A stretch of DNA of 64,000 nucleotides, from the NCBI GenBank assembly GCA_030602585.1, contig JAUVZJ010000005.1, positions 973 to 64,972 of the forward strand. The letters are read 5' to 3'. The notes beneath the pieces are model-generated. The model had not been told where the DNA came from. It saw nothing but the letters and a program-made list of their open reading frames with translations, and did not search any database. The DNA comes from Candidatus Methanophagales archaeon (lineage in GTDB: Archaea > Halobacteriota > Syntropharchaeia > Alkanophagales > Methanospirareceae). Position 1 is the first letter of the stretch. Every line of letters begins with the position of its first letter. Below, piece after piece: positions 19,649 to 29,259 of the stretch. Position numbers and translations under genes: made by a program.

Positions 19649-19960
19649 ATCAGTAGTGATAAAACCAATAGATTCGCGGACCTTTCCACTATCTTCTGCA
19701 ATGTTATACCCGTTTACATATGCAGTTCCCTCTGTGGGTAAAATCAGCGTGCATAATATTTTTATAAACGTAGTCTTGCCAGCTCCATTTGGTCCGAGAA
19801 TACCAAACAATTCCCCTTTTCCAATCTTTATGTTCACCATCTCTACCGCCGTTATCTCATCTTTTCTAAAGGGATGCATGAGAAAGTCGGTAAATCCTTT
19901 TTGCAGTGCGAACTTCTTCGTTAGGTCATACGTTTCAATAGAATATTCCAATATTTTCAT
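19628..19960 (-). pseudogene. ABC-2 ATPase N-terminal fragment truncated by the IS
   Basis: Walker A GPNGAGKTT is present, and the protein ends ...ITTDPEFLAL with the last 7 codons encoded by the IS terminus. Confidence 0.7.
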
Positions 19961-20120
19961 CCTCCTATCGTTTTAACATTTACAAATTGAATTTTAAATT
20001 AAAATATATAAATATTGATAGATTATCATCAAATGTTATATTATGAGAAAGAATTAACAAGGAGGAAGGGGTGAAAAAAATATTTATGTCCACTATGGCA
20101 AGGAGGGCCAAGATAATAAC

Positions 20121-20245
20121 ATGACATCGAGCACTAACCATATCTGGAATAGGAACAAAGAGAGCGGAAATAAAAGCACAATACAAAAAGTTTATCGGGA
20201 GGAAAATTCTATTTATTATTATCTCTTCTCTCATCTTAATTTTTG
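20121..20245 (+). pseudogene. BtuC-type permease N-terminal stub (frameshifted)
   Basis: About 85% nucleotide identity to the 5' end of the gene at 42396 ([29 protein letters not shown] across a frameshift). It runs directly into the truncated ABC ATPase. Confidence 0.6.
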
Positions 20246-21178
20246 AGACCAACTTCTGGAACTGCTTTAATCAATGGATTTGACATAATCAAAGAACCTG
20301 ACAAGGTAAGGAAATCAATTGGGATTGTTTTTCAAGATCCGAGTTCCGACGACGACCTCACAGCTTATGAAAACATGGAGTTCCACGCCATGATATATGA
20401 TATTCCCGTGGAAAGAGCGAATATATTAGAGCTTTTGAGGCTGGTTGAGCTTGATGACAAGGCAGACAGCTTTGTCAAGACTTTTTCTGGAGGCATGAAA
20501 CGGAGGTTAGAGCTCACACGTGGTTTATTGCATCATCCAAAGGTATTGTTTCTGGATGAGCCTACTTTGGGCTTGGACACGCAGACGAGACGCAAAATCT
20601 GGGACTATATACGTGAAATAGCGAACGAAAAAGAAATGACGATCATTCTCACAACTCACTACATGGAAGAAGCTGATAGCATTTGTGACAGAATAGCAAT
20701 AATAGATGAAGGTAAAATAAAGGCGGTTGGCAGCCCGAAGGAGATGAAAAACAATTTGAACGATTATAAATTTATTATAAAACTCATTAAAAACTATGAT
20801 TATTTAGTGTTCGAGAAGGAACTTGAAAGAAGCATTAAGCGTAGAGAACTTGGGGTTGATATAACGGATGTCAATATAACTCAAAACAATGCTGGGAATG
20901 GAGTTAGCGCTAACGAAGTTGTGTTGGAAATCGACCTGAGAATCAATAACGAAAGTAAAAACTCCGATGCTTTACTGATAGATGCTCTTATTTCAGTCAA
21001 AGATGCCTTAAAAGAGTTCAAAAACTTCGAGATAACCACTATTGATTTACACAAACCAACCTTAGATGATGTTTTTATACACAATACGGGTAAAACACTC
21101 CGAGATGAGAGGGCACCACCGGATCGTAGATTGCGAATGGTTGCGAGCAAAATGACATCCGGAGTGAGAATAAGATAA
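20243..21178 (+). pseudogene. ABC-2 exporter ATPase lacking N-terminus and Walker A
   Basis: Begins at the equivalent of residue ~73 (PTSGTALINGFD...) with only a TTG start. Signature FSGGMKRR and Walker B LFLDEPT are present. Confidence 0.65.
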
Positions 21179-21179
21179 G

Positions 21180-22189
21180 ATGGTAAATATAAAGGCGATC
21201 TATATCATTTGGCTGCGGGGAATAAAGTTGTCTTCGAGATATAAGGTAGGTTTCATTAGTCATTTGGGGCAGCCACTACTTTGGCTGCTTCTCCTGGGTA
21301 CAGGGCTTAGAGGCTCGGTACGCATGGGTAGTATGGGTTTAGCGGAGTCAACGGGATAGATTACATGACTTTTATGTTACCTGGAATAATAGGAATGAGC
21401 CTCCTCTTTTCCTCGATGATGGGCGGAATGAGAATTTTGTGGGACAAGAAATTTGGATTTTTAAAAGAGATGATGGTGGCGCCTATATCTACCTGAATTT
21501 TAGCGATTATAGGCACCATGTACAAATTTATCAATCTCCAACGCTTTCATAAGTAATAATCGCTTCTTAGTAGCTCTTTATTTTGGTGCGTATGAATGAC
21601 ATGGTGCCTAATAGGCACTATATCATATAAATAGTTTGCGTAATTATCGCCTTATTGGTGATAATAACGCAGGTATGCAGAGATTCAAGGCATGGTGCCT
21701 ATAAAGCCAAAAATTCAGGTATCTAGAGTAAGTATAGTATTGGGAAATAACTTCAGCATTGCCACAATCTCAATTCTGCAGGGAATCATTATAATATTAT
21801 TGGCACCATTGATAGGTGTTGATTTAAACTTATTCTACATACCAATTGCTTTGTTATTCATTTTAATGATTGGATTAACTTTTACAAGTGTTGGTATAGT
21901 ACTATCAACGCAAATGGAGGACATGGGCTCGTTTCAAGGCATACAAACATTCTTGACTCTTCCTCTTTTCCTTTTATCAAGCGCATTTTTCCCCGTAACT
22001 AAACTGCCCTATCCAATCCAAATAATAGCTTACTTTAACCCTCTGTTCTACGGAGTTGATGGTTTGCATGGTGCATTAATCGGCGTATCTGCACTGCCGA
22101 TGTGGTTCGACCTTTTGGCAGTAACCGCATTCTGTGCTGGTTTAATATTGTTGAGCGCTTATCTATTCAATAAAAGAGAGGGGATATAA
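21180..22189 (+). pseudogene. ABC-2 permease disrupted by a MITE insertion and frameshifts
   Basis: N-terminal half (MVNIKAIYIIWLRG...LPGIIGMSLLF...LKEMMVAPIS) is in broken frames before 21492. The C-terminal half 21692-22189 reads through from an ATG supplied by the MITE end. Confidence 0.65.
21492..21719. mobile_element. MITE-like internal-deletion derivative of the IS at 17935-19648, with 6-bp target-site duplication TATCTA
   Basis: About 75 bp matching the IS left end plus ~150 bp matching the IS right end (~90% identity). Direct repeats tatcta flank it at 21486-21491 and 21720-21725. Confidence 0.8.
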
Positions 22190-22219
22190 AATGAGCAAGA
22201 TGCACTAAGAATGTCTATC

Positions 22220-22324
22220 GGTGTTGTTTTTCCAGATCCCAGTGTAAACACGGAATTAACAGGTAGAGAAAACTTGGATTTTATTGCCAGAATGTACAAA
22301 AAGCTCGCCCATTCCTAAAACATG
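22220..22324 (+). pseudogene. short ABC ATPase internal fragment
   Basis: MSIGVVFPDPSVNTELTGRENLDFIARMYKK matches the Q-loop region of ABC-2 ATPases (compare SIGIVFQDPSSDDDLTAYENMEFHAMIYD). Confidence 0.5.
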
Positions 22325-22578
22325 CTGCATCCACCTTTCATCCCATCCAGATGGAAACTCAGAAATCCTAATGTGGAATTTTTCCACACTTTATTGGATT
22401 TTTTAACATCTTCTATTTTTTTGTTATCTCTTTTTATTTATTATTTGGATAGTTCGATGTATAGAGTCATATTAAAAGATTTTCGGTTTTATTAAAATCA
22501 TACATATTTATATATTGGAATACAAAAAGCATAAAAAAAGGAATTTTGTAAGAATAAAAGGAAGGTGATTAAAAAGAG

Positions 22579-23952
22579 ATGAAGGAAAAAAGAGAAAAAT
22601 GGAAAGGATTGATGCTACCGTCTTTGTTCGTGCTGTTAGCGACTGCTGCTTTACTTGCGTGGACGGTTACGGCGGTGCAGGGAGCGGAAGTAGAGAGCGT
22701 GACGAGGTATGCTCCGTCTGGTCCCGCTCCGGAGGCGGAGTTTGACGTGACGTTAAGGATTAACGGTGAACTTCCTTTAGTCGTTGGTATTGTTGAGACG
22801 ATTCCGAGTGGGTTTAGCTTTGTGAGCACAACGCATCCGGCGGACAATTACAGTGTCTCAGGGCAGATGATTGCTTTTGCGGTGATAAACGAAAAGGAGA
22901 TAAAATATAAAGTGATAGCGCCTCCTTCTGGTGAAGGCACTTTCACAGGGAAATGGATAGACATGCTAAGCGAGAAAGAAGGGAACATAGCAGATACTAC
23001 AGTCATAGTCGGTGGTGGAGGTGCGGGCACACAAGAAGAAGAAGTTACACCTACACCAACACCAACGCCAGCAGTTCCTACAGTAACGAAAGCAAGCAGG
23101 GTCGTTCCGGTGATGGAAGCGGAAAAAGAAGCAGCGATGGTTTTCGAGGACATGGACGTTTCAATGATTACGCTGAAAGCGGATAAAAATGTGAACGATG
23201 TGAAGGTTGAGGTCGAGCGAATAGAGAGAACTCCGGACATACCTGAGCCTTCGGGCGTAGCATACACTTATCTCGACATGAATGTGGAAAATACGGCAGG
23301 TGCGAAAATAGAAGGCAGAGTTGAGTTCAAAGTAATGAAATCGTGGCTCGTGGATAACAATATTGACGAGGCAACGGTCAAGCTGAACAGATACGATGAA
23401 AACGAAGGATGGATGGCGCTTCCAACTACAAAGGTCGGTGAGGATGATGAGGGCTTTGTTTATTTCGAAGCAGAAACGCCTGGATTTTCTACGTTCGCAG
23501 TAACCGGTGAGGAGAAAGTGGAAACGGCGTACGTGAGGCTCGATACAATTGCAACTGTAGGAGTTGGAGAACCGCTGGTTGTAACCGGAACCACTAACAG
23601 AAAGGAAGGGTTTCCAATCGTTATCTCGGTTAAGGGACCAACGGAGCTTGCACCTCAGACCGTTAAAGTAGAAAAAGGTACGTTCAACGCAATGTTTGAC
23701 ACAACAGGTGCAATAGGAGGAATGTACACGGTAAAGGTAGATGATGGAGATGGACATACGGATGAAACGACGGTGGAAATTGTAACAGCGGTACCAACGT
23801 CAAGTCCAACGCCAGCATTAGCGTCTGAGGTGCCGGGCTTTGAAGTTACCCTACCAGCACTTTATTTGATACTCGTGGTTTTTTTCGTATCGGTAGCGCT
23901 GATAATAGGGTATGTGTTTGGAATGAGAAGGAAAGGAGGTAATGCGGAATGA
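22579..23952 (+). CDS. secreted cell-surface protein with PT-rich linker and PGF-CTERM archaeosortase signal
   Basis: Signal peptide, TPTPTPTPAVPTVT linker, and a C-terminal SPTPALASEVPGFEVTLPALYLILVVFFVSVALIIGYVFGMRRKG. Confidence 0.7.
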   Translation: MKEKREKWKGLMLPSLFVLLATAALLAWTVTAVQGAEVESVTRYAPSGPAPEAEFDVTLRINGELPLVVGIVETIPSGFSFVSTTHPADNYSVSGQMIAFAVINEKEIKYKVIAPPSGEGTFTGKWIDMLSEKEGNIADTTVIVGGGGAGTQEEEVTPTPTPTPAVPTVTKASRVVPVMEAEKEAAMVFEDMDVSMITLKADKNVNDVKVEVERIERTPDIPEPSGVAYTYLDMNVENTAGAKIEGRVEFKVMKSWLVDNNIDEATVKLNRYDENEGWMALPTTKVGEDDEGFVYFEAETPGFSTFAVTGEEKVETAYVRLDTIATVGVGEPLVVTGTTNRKEGFPIVISVKGPTELAPQTVKVEKGTFNAMFDTTGAIGGMYTVKVDDGDGHTDETTVEIVTAVPTSSPTPALASEVPGFEVTLPALYLILVVFFVSVALIIGYVFGMRRKGGNAE

Positions 23953-25148
23953 AAAAGAAGATAGCTTCTTACTCAATGGTAACGACGCTTCTTGCATTAT
24001 GTACACTACTGATGGTGACGCCGGTGAATGCAACAGATTATCCTTTTAATATTACAGACTCAGCTGGGAGAGAAGTAACGATTCAGATGCCAATAGAAAG
24101 AATAATTGTCTTGAACACCGACGCTGCGGAAGCTGTCAAAGTGCTTGGAGTGGTCGACAATATCGTTGGCGTGGTTGAAGACATAAAAACAAAGAAGAGT
24201 TATTACTTCCCGGAATTGGGGGATACAGAATCTGTTGGCACATGGAGGGAGTTTGATTATGGGGAGATTGCAAAGCTTGCAACGAACGAGACCACAGAGA
24301 AAACAGACCATACACTCGTAATTACTTATACGTTTAAATTAGAGCCTGTTGAAAAATTAAAAGATTTTGAAAATATCACGGTGGTGGTATTTGACTTTTA
24401 TAAGCACGAGACATTGCATGAAGAAGTAACAAAACTTGGGATGGTCCTTAATGCAACAGATGCCGCAGAGGGATATAATAACTGGTGTCAGGCAAAGAGG
24501 ACCGCAGTCACAAATTCTGTTGCGGGTCTTGAACCGGTATCAAGAGAGGAGCTTGCTAATGCGGTTCTGCCATATCTTAGGGCAACATACCTTGGGGAGA
24601 CGGTAGAACATTTAGAGCTGGATAGGTTGAGAAGGCTTGCTTGGTTCCATTCTTACGAACTGACGCCATGGGTATTCATAGAAGGAACGGTAACGGGATT
24701 GGGAGACATTGCGAGCAAGGGACCCGGGTCTGCCGACCACATCATGTGCACCATGGCAGGTGGCTATAACGTCGCAAGTGATTTGGACAAAGCGTATCCG
24801 CATGTAGAGTGGGAAGAGGTCTTGAAGTGGAATCCAGATGTGATAATCAAAGGAGTATACACGGATGACTGGGGCTGGAGCAGCATTGACGAGCCTGAAG
24901 GACTGATAGACGAAATTAAGGGCCGACCAAGTGCGGAAAGCATATTTGCAGTGAAGGACGACAGAGTTTACGCATTCTGTAATGAACCACTCTATGGGTT
25001 GGATAGTGTCGTTGGACTCACATATTGGGCTAAATTGATTCATCCCGAGCTAAACTTGGATCCAGAAGAAGTTTACAGGGAGTATCTAACGAAATTCATG
25101 GGTGGTATATCATACGGAGATGCGATATTCGTGTATCCGGAGGTGTGA
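23949..25148 (+). CDS. ABC substrate-binding protein, FecB/BtuF-like (Peripla_BP_2 class III)
   Basis: Signal peptide. ITDSAGREVTIQMPIERIIVLNTDAAEAVKVLGVVDNIVGV is typical of siderophore/corrinoid binding proteins. Confidence 0.75.
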   Translation: MKKKIASYSMVTTLLALCTLLMVTPVNATDYPFNITDSAGREVTIQMPIERIIVLNTDAAEAVKVLGVVDNIVGVVEDIKTKKSYYFPELGDTESVGTWREFDYGEIAKLATNETTEKTDHTLVITYTFKLEPVEKLKDFENITVVVFDFYKHETLHEEVTKLGMVLNATDAAEGYNNWCQAKRTAVTNSVAGLEPVSREELANAVLPYLRATYLGETVEHLELDRLRRLAWFHSYELTPWVFIEGTVTGLGDIASKGPGSADHIMCTMAGGYNVASDLDKAYPHVEWEEVLKWNPDVIIKGVYTDDWGWSSIDEPEGLIDEIKGRPSAESIFAVKDDRVYAFCNEPLYGLDSVVGLTYWAKLIHPELNLDPEEVYREYLTKFMGGISYGDAIFVYPEV

Positions 25149-25151
25149 AAG

Positions 25152-26369
25152 ATGAAGAAAGTGTTAGCTTGTATGTTGGTAGTGATGCTTCTTGCATCGT
25201 GTTTGTCGATGGCGGTTGTGCCTGTGAGTGCGCAAGACAGTGTGCCTTCCACTGATGAAGAAATAGAAGAAGTAGCGAGGGCTGTGCTTTCCAATGAAAT
25301 CATGCTGTATCTTAGAGCAACATATTTTGGTGAAGGAATAAATCATCTTTCATTAGAAGAACTGAGGGAATCGGCGAGTTATTATCCGCAGTATCCACGA
25401 CAGATTACGGATTCTGCTGATAGAACGGTGACGATATACAAGCCGGTGGAAAGAATTATTCTCCAACCCACAGCGTCATATGAACCAGTTTGGGTCATTG
25501 GAGCACAAGATAAAGTCGTGGGTGTGACCACAACTGCACTGAAGGAGGAAGACTATTCATGGCTTCCAGGAATCCAAGATAAGCCACCTGTTGGCGCCTA
25601 CAAAGAGCTTGATTACGAGAAGATAATGGAACTCGAGCCGGATATTGTAATAAGTAGTAAGAGTAAAGCAGAGGAGACGAGTGAAAAATTAGAGCCGGCT
25701 GGTATAACAGTAGTTGCACTGAACTTCGTTGAGATAGAAAAGTTTGATTCCGAGCTTAAAATCCTCGCAAAAATACTTGGAAAAGACGAAAAAGCGGAAG
25801 AGTTCATCTCGTGGAGACAAAACCATTTTGATCTGATAAAAGAGAGAACAGAAGGAATAGAACCAAAGGTGCGAGTTTATGTTGAATATCCTGGTACGCT
25901 CTGGGGAACCGGTGGAGAAGGTTCAAGCGGACACTCTGTGATAACAACTGCGGGTGGTTATAACATCGCTGGTGATGAGGTCGGATATTTTGGCTATGTT
26001 GATCAAGAATGGGTCGCTAAAGAGAATCCAGAGGTAATATTCTTTCCAGCATTTGCTGAGTTTGGACAGACGGCTCTCACTGGATACTTCATGGATAGCC
26101 ATGAAAATGCGGAGCAATTTATAGAGGAGGCATGCAATCGAACAGGTCTAAAGGAGACAGATGCAGTAAGCAATGGCAGTGTCTATGTAATCGATGGCTG
26201 TAGTACGTTAGCAGCATGCAGAAGTATCATTGCAGCTCTCTATTGCGCCAAGTGGTTCTACCCCAAACAATTTGAGGACTTAGAGCCGGAGAAAATTCAC
26301 AGGGAATACTTTGAAGAATGGCTCGACGTGGAATATAAAGGAATATGGGTTTATCCGCTATTAGATTAA
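25152..26369 (+). CDS. ABC substrate-binding protein, FecB/BtuF-like paralog
   Basis: ITDSADRTVTIYKPVERIIL...VIGAQDKVVGVT. Close paralog of 29771-30997. Confidence 0.75.
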   Translation: MKKVLACMLVVMLLASCLSMAVVPVSAQDSVPSTDEEIEEVARAVLSNEIMLYLRATYFGEGINHLSLEELRESASYYPQYPRQITDSADRTVTIYKPVERIILQPTASYEPVWVIGAQDKVVGVTTTALKEEDYSWLPGIQDKPPVGAYKELDYEKIMELEPDIVISSKSKAEETSEKLEPAGITVVALNFVEIEKFDSELKILAKILGKDEKAEEFISWRQNHFDLIKERTEGIEPKVRVYVEYPGTLWGTGGEGSSGHSVITTAGGYNIAGDEVGYFGYVDQEWVAKENPEVIFFPAFAEFGQTALTGYFMDSHENAEQFIEEACNRTGLKETDAVSNGSVYVIDGCSTLAACRSIIAALYCAKWFYPKQFEDLEPEKIHREYFEEWLDVEYKGIWVYPLLD

Positions 26370-26536
26370 AAACATGAAAGCAGTGGAGAACACAGGAACA
26401 ACAAAAAGTAAAAAGTTTATTAGGAGGGAGGTCCTTTTGTTTCTTCCTCGCTTTTTTATTTCAAAAAAGAGGGAATTAGGTTCAAATATGTGCAAGAGGG
26501 CAATATCTCAGGAGTATTTCTCTTCTTTTAAATGAG

Positions 26537-27016
26537 ATGGAACGAGTGGCAAAATATGCTGTGGATATAGGATTTTACTGCAACTTCTTCCCTTATCCGA
26601 AAGGTTTTAGTATAAATGCTGCCTTAACCAGACAAGAATATCACCGTGCCATAGAAAATATCGAATCTCTCATTGAAAAGTATCCAAAAAAGGTGTTTAT
26701 AGACTTCCCCCTTGCTGGAGCAACGAATAGGTCGTTGAGAAACATCTGTCCGGCAGTTTTTATTAGCTCACATATTGATGTAGATGGACATCTTAGACTT
26801 TGTAAGTACTCTTCAAAGAAGATTGGATCACTTGAGGAATCATCTTTGATCGATCTTTGGAACAAACAAAGGAATGAAGTGAAAAAGCTGAACCACCTTA
26901 GCTCAAACTGTGAGTTATATCCTGATTGTGGAGGAGGTTGCTTAGCTAATAAAACTGAATATGGTATAGACTATTATTGCCTGAGGTATGCAAATGAACG
27001 AAATAATCAAGGCTGA
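26537..27016 (+). CDS. SPASM/twitch-domain fragment of a radical-SAM maturase (N-terminal radical-SAM core absent)
   Basis: C-terminal Cys pattern LRLCKYS...DLWN...CELYPDCGGGCLANK is typical of SPASM domains. The in-frame upstream stop at 26528 leaves no CX3CX2C region. Confidence 0.5.
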   Translation: MERVAKYAVDIGFYCNFFPYPKGFSINAALTRQEYHRAIENIESLIEKYPKKVFIDFPLAGATNRSLRNICPAVFISSHIDVDGHLRLCKYSSKKIGSLEESSLIDLWNKQRNEVKKLNHLSSNCELYPDCGGGCLANKTEYGIDYYCLRYANERNNQG

Positions 27017-27929
27017 ACACCTGGAAAAGGTATTTGGAGACCAGAAAGCCGTAGATAATCTCTCCTTTACTGTTCACAGAGGTGAGACTTTAGGGTTGCT
27101 CGGACCCAACGGTGCTGGAAAGACAACGACGATTAAGATGTTGATAGGACTCATCAAGCCAACAAGAGGCGGAGCAATTATCGGTGGATATGATGTCCAG
27201 GAAAACCCAATAGAAGTGAAGGAATTATTTGGCATATCTCCACAGGAGCTCAGCTTCGACCATCATCTCAGCCTGATAGAGGATTTGTATTTCTATGTGA
27301 GGCTCTATGGTTTATCGAGAAAAGAAGCGAAAGAAAGAGTAAAGGAGACATTAAAATGGGCAAGATTAGAAAACCATGCTGAAAAGATAGGCTATCAACT
27401 CTCTGGCGGGATGCAGCGCAGATTGCTTATGGCAAGGGCAATGGTCACAGATCCCCCAATTCTGTTCTTGGACGAGCCAACGACTGGTCTCGACCCCCAA
27501 GCTCGGCATGCTTTATGGGATTACATTTTGGACTTAAAAGAAAGAGGAAAGACGATCATTTTAACCACGCATTATCTTGAGGAGGCGGAAATGCTGTGTG
27601 ACCGGGTGATTATCATTGATTACGGCAAAAAAATCGCAGAAGGCACGCCTGATGAGCTTAAGCATATCCTCAAGGTAGAGAATATAGTTACCATAAAGCC
27701 CAGGAATTCAATCAGCCAGAGAGTCATAGAAGAAATCAAGGAATTTACAGGCGTTGAAGACGCTATCTGGCATGATAGCTCGCTAAAAATATATCTAAAA
27801 GATGAATATGTGTTAGAGTTGATTATAAGTCTAATTTTAACGGATGCGGGAATTTTAGAAATGGACATCAAAAGAGCGAGCTTAGAAGATGTGTTTTTAC
27901 ATTTAACTGGAAAGGAGCTGAGGGAATGA
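26988..27929 (+). CDS. ABC-2 type exporter ATPase
   Basis: Walker A GPNGAGKTT, signature LSGGMQRR, Walker B LFLDEPTTGLD. Confidence 0.8.
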   Translation: MQMNEIIKAEHLEKVFGDQKAVDNLSFTVHRGETLGLLGPNGAGKTTTIKMLIGLIKPTRGGAIIGGYDVQENPIEVKELFGISPQELSFDHHLSLIEDLYFYVRLYGLSRKEAKERVKETLKWARLENHAEKIGYQLSGGMQRRLLMARAMVTDPPILFLDEPTTGLDPQARHALWDYILDLKERGKTIILTTHYLEEAEMLCDRVIIIDYGKKIAEGTPDELKHILKVENIVTIKPRNSISQRVIEEIKEFTGVEDAIWHDSSLKIYLKDEYVLELIISLILTDAGILEMDIKRASLEDVFLHLTGKELRE

Positions 27930-28681
27930 AAATGATAAGAGCTCTCAAGGCGATTACCATTACATTTGAGCGTGAGTTGTATGACTTTTACAAGAACCTC
28001 TTTCACTACTCGCTCAGGAGCTTGCTAACTCCAACATTGTACCTCTTAGTTATTGGTATTGGATTGGGGTCAATGGTTGACATGTCAGATGATGTCTCCT
28101 ACATACAATTCTTAATTCCAGGTATCTTAATGATGACCACAGCACAGGTGACACACCTTCACCTCGGCTTTGAAGTTTTGGCTGCGAGAACCTATGAAAA
28201 GTACCTGGAGCTGCTAACCATGGTCGCACCAATTCGTCCTTATGAAGCTGTCATAGGTTATATACTCACAGGGGTTATGATTGCCATTTTTAACGTGATA
28301 ATTTTTCTTATCCCCATATACATTTTCTTCCACACAATCTTTGTATCGCTTCCTCTTCTATTACTCTTTACCGTCGGCTTGGGCATCTTATTCTCAGCAA
28401 CAGGCTTCTCCGCTGGTATATACTTTGATGATCCACACCATATGAGCATCGTAAATTCACTTGTCATAACGCCCCTCTCTTTTCTATGTGGTGTCTTCTT
28501 CCCTCTCGATCTCTATCCAGAGCAAATTCGGCTTTTAGTAGAACTCGTTCCTCTCACCCAGGCAATTGAAGGTCTGCGTGGTAATGGTATTCTCTTATTC
28601 CAAGTTGGGTATGTGTGGCTAACAGCGATAATAGCTGTTGTTTTAGCCATAGTAATCTTTAAAAGAAAGATGATAATATGA
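27926..28681 (+). CDS. ABC-2 family permease
   Basis: 6 TM segments, coupled to the 26988 ATPase. Its 3' end is duplicated at 31133-31343. Confidence 0.7.
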   Translation: MKMIRALKAITITFERELYDFYKNLFHYSLRSLLTPTLYLLVIGIGLGSMVDMSDDVSYIQFLIPGILMMTTAQVTHLHLGFEVLAARTYEKYLELLTMVAPIRPYEAVIGYILTGVMIAIFNVIIFLIPIYIFFHTIFVSLPLLLLFTVGLGILFSATGFSAGIYFDDPHHMSIVNSLVITPLSFLCGVFFPLDLYPEQIRLLVELVPLTQAIEGLRGNGILLFQVGYVWLTAIIAVVLAIVIFKRKMII

Positions 28682-28794
28682 GGATGTGGGTAATGAAAGA
28701 CATTCTGAAGTTGGGGGTGTTAGATTTAAGAAAAGGATACTGATTTAAAGTTTAATTATAGGAAACACCAAACAATTTTGTGAAGTGAAGACCT

Positions 28795-29049
28795 ATGAAA
28801 TCGATAAGCATACCCGAGGATGTATTAATCTCGATAAAAATACCCGAGAAGGATATGGAACAGGAATTAAAGCGGGAATTAGCCACCGCTCTATACCAAA
28901 GGGGGGTTATTTCACTGGGTAAAGCGAGAAAATTAGCTGGGATGAGCAAATGGGAATTTATAGAGGAATTAGGGAAAAGAAAAATCGAAAGGCATTACAC
29001 AGAAAGAGAATTGGAGGAGGACTTAGCCTTTGCCAAAAGTGGTAAGTAA
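28795..29049 (+). CDS. UPF0175-family antitoxin
   Basis: 84 aa (LISIKIPEKDMEQELKRELATALYQRGVISLGKARKLAGMS). Overlaps the downstream DUF3368-like ORF. Confidence 0.6.
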   Translation: MKSISIPEDVLISIKIPEKDMEQELKRELATALYQRGVISLGKARKLAGMSKWEFIEELGKRKIERHYTERELEEDLAFAKSGK

Positions 29050-29254
29050 TTCATCGCCTCTGATCCAGTTAGCCAAGATTGGGCAGCTAAACCTATTGAA
29101 ACACTTTTTTAATGAGATAGGTGTTTTAATAAGGGCGAAAGACGAGGGAAAGATAGCAAGTTTAGGAGAGATCTTAGAGAAGCTAAAAGAAACTGGATTC
29201 TGGATAAGTGATGATTTATACACCAAGATTCTGAGAGAAGGCGGGGAGTTATGA
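29030..29254 (+). CDS. DUF3368 (PIN-like) toxin remnant, internally deleted
   Basis: The N-terminus VVSNSSPLIQLAKIGQLNLL has Asn in place of the first catalytic Asp and is joined directly to the C-terminal LIRAKDEGKIASLGEILEKLKETGFWISDDLY segment. The middle ~80 aa are missing. Confidence 0.5.
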   Translation: MPKVVSNSSPLIQLAKIGQLNLLKHFFNEIGVLIRAKDEGKIASLGEILEKLKETGFWISDDLYTKILREGGEL

Positions 29255-29259
29255 GTATA

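Noticed and set aside
19980-20110. AT-rich 130-bp region with TGATA-gat-TATCA palindrome, considered as an origin or operator
   Set aside because: It is a short 5-bp-arm palindrome in a promoter-like AT-rich spacer next to gene relics. There is no ORB-like repeats or cdc6 gene.
22370-22395. gtggaa-ttt-ttccac inverted repeat upstream of the surface-protein gene
   Set aside because: The 6-bp arms occur once. It is a plausible operator but too weak to call.
26375-26536. 53-codon ORF upstream of the SPASM fragment, considered as a RiPP precursor peptide
   Set aside because: No Cys/Gly-rich core and no leader-like motif. It overlaps the region homologous to the non-coding stretch after the other binding-protein copy. 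No evidence.
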